A stretch of 64,000 bases of DNA from Octopus vulgaris (Eukaryota). The translations under genes were made by a program, and so were the position numbers. This document shows, in pieces, positions 62,731 to 64,000 of the stretch. The DNA lies in assembly GCA_951406725.2 (NCBI GenBank), contig OX597814.1, forward strand, positions 190,960,001-191,024,000, read 5' to 3'. Every line of letters begins with the position of its first letter. Position 1 is the first letter of the stretch. The notes below the pieces were generated by a model that saw nothing but the letters and a program-made list of their open reading frames with translations, was not told where the DNA came from and did no database searches.

Positions 62731-62761
<31 letters not shown>
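62658..62761. repeat. (CAA)n / (AAT)n microsatellite
   Basis: Read directly from the sequence. Confidence 0.95.
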
Positions 62762-62763
<2 letters not shown>

Positions 62764-63309
62764 GGAAAAAGCAGCTTTCCTGTTGGCAATGTTAGTTTCT
62801 AATTAGGAGCCAAAGTGTCAGCAATCACAAAATTTATCTGTCTACAATCAAAATAAAGTAACAAATTTTAATAGACTGAAAACTCTGATATGAAATAAGA
62901 AGCCAAACTGATGTCAAGTGAGGACAATACAATACTTCTGAATGTTATAAGTTATTTCTAATACAACATTTTGTTTAACAGAAGCAACATAAATAGAGGT
63001 TTAACAGACTGAGGAACCTAAAAACCAACATTGGTTCTATCTATGATAGAAAATATCCTTATTTTTGAAGTGTTCATAACTTTTTGTTATGCTCCAAACA
63101 CTAGATTTAATAATAATTTCACAGTTTGGTACAAGGCTGGGAATCTTAGGAGGTGTGGGGTAAATCAATTACACCCCAGGTCTCAACTAGTACTTCTATC
63201 AACTCCAAAAGGGTGAAAGGCAAAGCTGGCCTCAGCAGAATTTGAATTCAGAACATTTAGCAGTGAAAGAGGGGCATTTTGTCTGATGCACTAAGATGTT
63301 ATTTTACTA

Positions 63310-63647
63310 GTAAAGACCCTGACTTTGGTTATGAATGACAATAGGATTGCACCTAGAAAATCACCCTCCAAGGCAAAAGTTTGGGCAAGGCTGTTTTATG
63401 GAAGACCAGCAATCATGCATAACCAGCCTCCATTCTCCACACTGCTAACATTATCCAAGGAAAAAGCAAAGGCTAATACAGCTTGGCACTAGTGATGTCA
63501 CAACTCATTTCTACAGCTGAGTGAACTTGAGCAATGTGAAATAAAATACTTTACTCAAGAACACAACATGCAGCCCAGCCTGGGAATCAAACTCACAACC
63601 TCATGATCATAAGCTCAACACTAACCAATGAACCATGTATCTTCACT
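63310..63647 (-). mobile_element. SINE family C, diverged
   Basis: Reverse complement of 2941-3275. Confidence 0.82.
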
Positions 63648-64000
63648 TATTTTACTAAATCCATTCAGATTCTTGGCTATTTTCTAAATCTACTGAAACA
63701 CATAACCAGTGCGCCATTTCATTGTTAACAGGTGACAAAAGGGTTAAACCTCTAGGGCAAACAAAAATCATGTAACTATTTCTTAATTTATAGAGACAGA
63801 GGTTACAACCCTTTAACGAAATATATATTAACACTTAATTACTATATGTAGAAAATTAAATGTCACAGATGTTAATGACATTTTCAAATAAAATTACCCA
63901 CATGAATACTGTTAAATTAAATCTAAATATAACTACATCATCGATTCATGGTCTTTAATAATAACTAGGCTACCCAGGATCATAGCAGCAAACTTACCAA

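Noticed and set aside
230-63216. Most ORFs in the supplied track, including recurrent peptides such as LPNPLTRLW..YSRRHLPKVP, FLQLDALPNANH and KDERQSRPRRNLN
   Set aside because: They are translations of SINEs, RTE UTRs or microsatellites. They recur because the repeats recur, not because they form a protein family.

Overview
AT-rich, repeat-dense eukaryotic DNA, most likely from an octopus (coleoid cephalopod), judged from the SINE and LINE families I recognise. The only host coding sequence I can support is one 150-bp, phase 0/0 exon of CCDC6 on the minus strand (17400-17549, equivalent to human exon 2). The rest of the window reads as two very large introns. They contain several tRNA-headed SINE families built from shared head and tail modules, 3' ends of RTE-clade LINEs, Penelope-like element (PLE) fragments, decayed Tigger/pogo, hAT-Charlie and Chapaev3-type transposases, piggyBac-type TTAA MITEs, a non-autonomous Helitron, a Helentron/HINE-like fragment and many microsatellites. 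Almost all ORFs in the supplied track are repeat artefacts. I see no novel multi-gene system. The most interesting signals are RNA-structural: (1) three type I hammerhead-ribozyme motifs in microsatellite-associated PLE-like ends, two of them on the CCDC6 pre-mRNA strand; (2) two long fold-back hairpins, one with a loop that is an exact 27-bp inverted copy of sequence about 560 bp downstream; (3) a tandemly repeated hairpin plus H-type pseudoknot module in the RTE 3' UTR. Family letters A-G are my own labels. Protein and family matches are from memory, not database searches, and repeat boundaries are approximate unless a TSD is quoted.
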